A stretch of DNA of 64,000 nt from Octopus vulgaris (Eukaryota): positions 6,572,001 to 6,636,000 of the forward strand of contig OX597819.1 in NCBI GenBank assembly GCA_951406725.2, in the 5' to 3' direction. The position numbers and the translations under genes are program-made. Numbering within the stretch: position 1 is the stretch's first letter; each line of letters begins with the position of its first letter. Shown here in pieces: positions 59,460-64,000 of this stretch. Under the pieces are notes generated by a model. It was not told the origin of the DNA. It ran no database searches and saw only the letters and a program-made list of their open reading frames with translations.

Positions 59460-60167
59460 CATATATATGCACAACTATATAAAGGTGTGTGTGCGTATGT
59501 TACGTATGTAAGTAATGAATGTAGACATGTATGTAAGTATGTATGTACGTATGTATGTGTTCAATATGAGTATATGTGCGTGTATGTTTACGTATATGTA
59601 TGTGTGTAATGTTTGTTCATTGATTTTGACTACATTTCCCTCAATCCGAATTTTCTACCATTCTAAAATTCTTTTTCTTTCCAATCGTTCGTTCAATGAA
59701 CTGCGGCAGATACAACAAAAAATCCGATTTCCTAATCATGTGATTATCTTTAATACTCTTCTTCTACCAATATAACTGTGGTGAACCTATATAATTTTCT
59801 TGCTCCTTTTATCACTGTTGAAATCCATGCGAGCTGGATTCCTTTATTTTCCAGGAATTTTCCTATCTTAGACATCATCCTATCAATAAAAATAAAAAGC
59901 ATAAAGTGAGCATAGGTAATACTCATTGTTTCTGTGCTTTACTTCTCGTTGTAGCTCTCTGGGATTTGTGAGTATATATCTCTGTTGTTTTGAATGCTGA
60001 AAGCGTGTAACGTAATGCCAAGTGTATATATGTATGTATGTGTGTGTACCAAGCTGTCTCTTTGTATATTACGAGGTCTGCTTATATACGTGGATTCTTT
60101 TGTGTGTCTTTGTACACCTGTGTAAAGGAACCATGGGTTTTGTTGCTTTGAGAAGTGCAAACTCGCA

Positions 60168-60223
<56 letters not shown>

Positions 60224-60264
60224 TTCTGCATATATATATACATATATGTGTGGTTGTAAATATA

Positions 60265-60676
60265 ACTCTTTTTTCTTTTTTACTTGTTTCAGTCATTTGA
60301 CTGCGGCCATGCTGGAGCACCGGCTTTTAGTCGAGCAAATCGATCCCAGGTCTTATTCTTTGTAAGCCTAGTACTTATTCTATCGGTGTCTTTTACCGAA
60401 GCGCTAGGTAACGGGGACGTAAACATACCAGCATCGGTTGTCAAGCGATGTTGGGGGGACAAACACAGATACACAAACATACACGTACACATACATATAT
60501 ATACATATATATATACGACAGGCTTCTTTCAGTTTCTGTCTACCAAATCCACTCACAAGGCTTTTGTCGGACCGAGGCTATAGTCGAAGGCACTTTCCCA
60601 AGGTGTCACGCAATGGGACTGAACCCAGAACCGTGTGGTTGGTAAGCAGGCTACTCACCACACATCCACTCCTGTG

Positions 60677-60678
<2 letters not shown>
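60265..60678 (-). mobile_element. SINE family A
   Basis: Reverse complement of the family consensus. Confidence 0.88.
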
Positions 60679-60748
<70 letters not shown>

Positions 60749-60966
60749 TTTTTGTTTTTTTGTTTTTTGTACATCTTTAAATATGAGAACTTTAATAATA
60801 GGTTTCTTTATATTCAATTGTTTATAGGGTTTATTTTAGATTATATATTGATTATATATAGATTATATATAGATTATATATAGATTATATATATTTATAT
60901 TTTTTCATTGATAATTTTATTATGTTAAACTTATATTTTAAAATATTGATATTTTAGATCGGAATT

Positions 60967-61010
60967 CCACCTGACGAATGTCATTTGCGGACATGAAACA
61001 ATTGTAGTGG
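60967..61010 (+). ncRNA. Intact minimal type-I hammerhead ribozyme
   Basis: CCAC-CTGACGA-ATGTC atttgcg GACAT-GAAA-CAATTG-TA-GTGG; all three helices Watson-Crick; predicted cleavage after 61006. Confidence 0.9.
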
Positions 61011-61186
61011 CGGTTTATTTATTTTATATTAAAATTTTTATGTATTGATTAAGTCTTTCCTTGTTTGTTTTGCAAAATAGTGGTTTTGTCTCGAATTAAT
61101 ATTATATAATATTTTACTATAAAATTGGATTTAATCCTAAATCTGATTTTTTCCCTGTAAATTTGGATTTATTCCCTAATATTTAT

Positions 61187-61257
<71 letters not shown>

Positions 61258-61383
61258 AAGCAATTGATACGGAAGGCAGGGTGTACTGGAAGCTTTATTT
61301 ATCATAACAATCGTTTCGACATGCTTCTGTACTGGATGCTAAATTTTAAAATTTCCTACCTAAACTTTAATTTTAATAACTTA

Positions 61384-61685
61384 CTAACAGTATCGCCCGG
61401 CGTTGCTCGGGTTTGTAAGGGAAATAACTATATAAGCATTTTTAGAGAGTTACTTCCCTTATATAAACCTAGCAAAAATACATTAAAAATGCGGAAAAAT
61501 TATGGTAATTTTTTTTTAAATCGTAGATTCATCGTAGACGCGCGCTAATATCCAGAAGGGCTCAATATGAATCACGACTATAAGAAACCCGGTTTTGTTT
61601 AAACTGCACCGCAAAATGTGGGAGTAGTTAGGAATCTAAATCGTAGGAGACAGACACCACACAACCTCACTTTTATATATATAGA
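61384..61685 (-). mobile_element. Non-autonomous Helitron family H (short variant)
   Basis: TC start, hairpin, TTAG end (CTAG variant). Confidence 0.8.
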
Positions 61686-61974
61686 TATACATTTATGTGC
61701 ATGTGTGCGTTTGTGCGTGCTATATATATAATGCAAGTATACGTGTGTGTGTATTGTGTGTGTGAATGTGGTGTGTGTGAGACAGAGAGAGGGAAGGAGT
61801 GTGTGTGTGTGTGTGTGCTAAATATTAGCTAAATATTAACGACACGAACTATTGTGATTCATACACGTGTATATTGGTTATTACTATCATAGGGATCTTC
61901 TGGGTGGCAAGTTATAGTATCTCAGTGAGAAAATAGTATAATAGAGCATCAGTGAATAGGTTGTAGCTCTTTAG

Positions 61975-62361
61975 TGGAGGCGCAATGGCCCAGTGGTTAG
62001 GGCAGCGGACTCGCGGTCGTAGGATCGCGGTTTCGATTCCCAGACCGGGCGTTGTGAGTGTTTATTGAGCGAAAACACCTAAAGCTCCACGGGGCTCCGG
62101 CAGGGGATGGTGGTGATCCCTGCTGTACTCTTTCACCACAACTTTCTCTCACTCTTACTTCCTGTTTCTGTTGTACCTGTATTTCAAAAGGCCGGCCTTG
62201 TCACTCTCTGTGTCACGCTGAATATCCCCGAGAACTACGTTAAGGGTACACGTGTCTGTGGAGTGCTCAGCCACTTACACGTTAATCTCACGAGCAGGCT
62301 GTTCCGTTGATTCGGATCAACCGGAACCCTCGTCGTCGTAACCGACGGAGTGCTTCCTCCC
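61975..62361 (+). mobile_element. tRNA-Arg-derived SINE, tail type 1, 13-bp TSD
   Basis: TGTAGCTCTTTAG (61962-61974) and TGTAACTCTTTAG (62362-62374). Confidence 0.93.
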
Positions 62362-62559
62362 TGTAACTCTTTAGTGTCGAACTGCTAATCTGTTTGAAAG
62401 ACACGAATACGAATTCTTCCTTGGTGCACTTACAACCAAATAATCTCTGCTCAAATTTATCAGGATTTCTATGTTTCGAATTTACCTCCATCTGTGTACT
62501 ATCCGGTTTGTTTATATGTGTGGTCTGTATTTTTAGCCGAATGTTTTATTACAAACCTC

Positions 62560-63274
62560 TCCTCTTGATCCTGGTCCGCGATCATCTTCCATACTTTTCC
62601 TGCCACGCTTGAATTCATTTACCCAGCGTTTCACTGTTAGTTAGTTAGTTACTTAATTTGGCTCAAAAGCAAGTAGCAAGGCCATGTAGGGGGACATGGA
62701 GTTAAGTACAGGGTGGTGTTCATGTAAAGAGTTCAGGCCACTTGAGGTCAAGGGAGGCTTTGAACAAAACGGTCCTCGGCATCTTCACCATCTCGTCTGG
62801 CAGCTTGTTCCACGGATCCGCAACCCGGACGGAGAAAGTTCCTCTCCTTCGATTGAGATGAAATCGTCGCAGGTAGAGCTTTTCGGAATGACCCCGCAGC
62901 CGACGCTCTGGAGCAGGAGTGAAGAACAGCTCTTTCGAGAGGTTACACTTTCCGCTTATGATGTTGTGGGCGAGAATGAGATCACCTGTTGCATATGAAG
63001 GAGCATTGTCTGTTAAGTTTCTCACCATATCTTCATGGATTTCTGATGGAGTCATGCCTTTCAAATGAAGGTACTTTATAACAGCACGATACTCACTTTT
63101 CTCCATTTTCCTTGTAAATTCGAAGCTTGTTTATTCATAAATCTGCAGCAAAAATGATTAAAATATCAGAATCATGAAAATGAGCAAGAATACTCCGAAA
63201 AGACTGTACTTACCAGAAAAAGCTGTTTCAGCTATATAGCAGCCCCGTTTCTTGGTTAGACTCAAATCTTTTCA

Positions 63275-63280
<6 letters not shown>
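62560..63280 (-). mobile_element. Mariner transposase N-terminal relic split by a LINE insertion
   Basis: MEKSEYRAVIKYLHLKGMTPSEIHEDM...APSYAT (63106-62986) resumes as VKRWVNEFKRGRKSMEDD below 62638. Confidence 0.85.
62639..62985 (-). mobile_element. 5'-truncated CR1/L2-group LINE with (TAAC)n tail
   Basis: GDLI...RLRGHSEKL...FSVRVADPWNKLP...FKASLD; CTGTT direct repeats at 62634-62638 and 62986-62990. Confidence 0.88.
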
Positions 63281-63323
<43 letters not shown>

Positions 63324-63365
63324 ATGGATTTATGCATTTATGTAGATATTTGTATTTAATTGTGA

Positions 63366-63513
63366 CCGTCACTTAGCGGTTCAGCAAAAGAAACCGATAG
63401 AATAAGTACTGGGCTTACAAAGAATAAGTCCCAGAGTCGATTTGCTCGACTAAAGGCGGTGCTCCAGCATGGCCGCAGTCAAATGACTCAAACAAGTAAA
63501 AGAGTAAAAGAGT
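63366..63513 (+). mobile_element. SINE family A 3' part
   Basis: ccgtcacttagcggttc...gagtaaaagag. Confidence 0.85.
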
Positions 63514-64000
63514 ATATTATATGTGTCTGTGTTTCCATATAGTATATTACACTGCCCTCGTGAGACACGATACAATTTGCGTTCGAAGTTTCAAAATCGA
63601 TATGAAGCTGATGATATCCATACTAGATTTATTTATATTAAATGTTGTTTTATTGGCAGCTTATTTGATTTCTCATATTTATATAGTTGTTTTTTTTGTG
63701 ATATTCCAATGTGCTTTGCTGTTAACGGCTCTTGTTTGATTCTTACTCTGGGTTATATATCTTCCGGTAAACCAGATTAAATAAGATTTCTTAATTTCAC
63801 TGCTGTTTGTAAATATCTTGTTAACTTCCAGCATTATAGCCAATTGGCGATCTGCCTCACACATTTGGAAATCTTAACGGTTTCGTTAAATATCAAGTAT
63901 TCCGTTTGTACGATAATCTTAGATAACTTCGATTTAATTTGGTGAGATTGTTCAAACTGTTGCGGACATACACACACGGTAGTGATATTGCCTTTCCGCC

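Noticed and set aside
61300-61330. Minus-strand GAAA-CGATTG-TT half hammerhead (similar halves at about 15435-15455 and 3020-3040)
   Set aside because: No matching CUGANGA box found; incomplete.

Overview
Very AT-rich, repeat-saturated eukaryotic DNA. The repeat complement (tRNA-derived SINEs, Penelope-like elements, RTE and CR1/L2-type LINEs, short Helitrons, mariner relics, large (TA)n/(TACA)n/(AGAT)n/(AAT)n arrays) resembles an octopus/coleoid cephalopod genome; this is an inference and was not checked by search. Almost all ORFs in the supplied track are microsatellite translation artefacts. The main signal is a dense set of about 12 type-I hammerhead ribozyme (HHR) motifs. Two look fully intact (52191-52281, 60967-61010), and most carry a different self-complementary helix-III sequence (CAATTG, CGATCG, CATATG, TACGTG, AAGCTT, TCGTTCGA). 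They lie either at Penelope 3' ends or in short non-coding units wedged between (TA)n arrays. Other observations: a candidate two-exon 72-aa signal-anchor microprotein gene (11420-11541 + 18998-19094), a SINE flanked by a 114-bp direct duplication, an 84-bp spacerless palindrome, a tail-to-tail SINE pair, an in-frame mariner/LINE chimeric ORF, and a Penelope ORF with an in-frame Asn-rich linker. Coordinates of degenerate elements are approximate.
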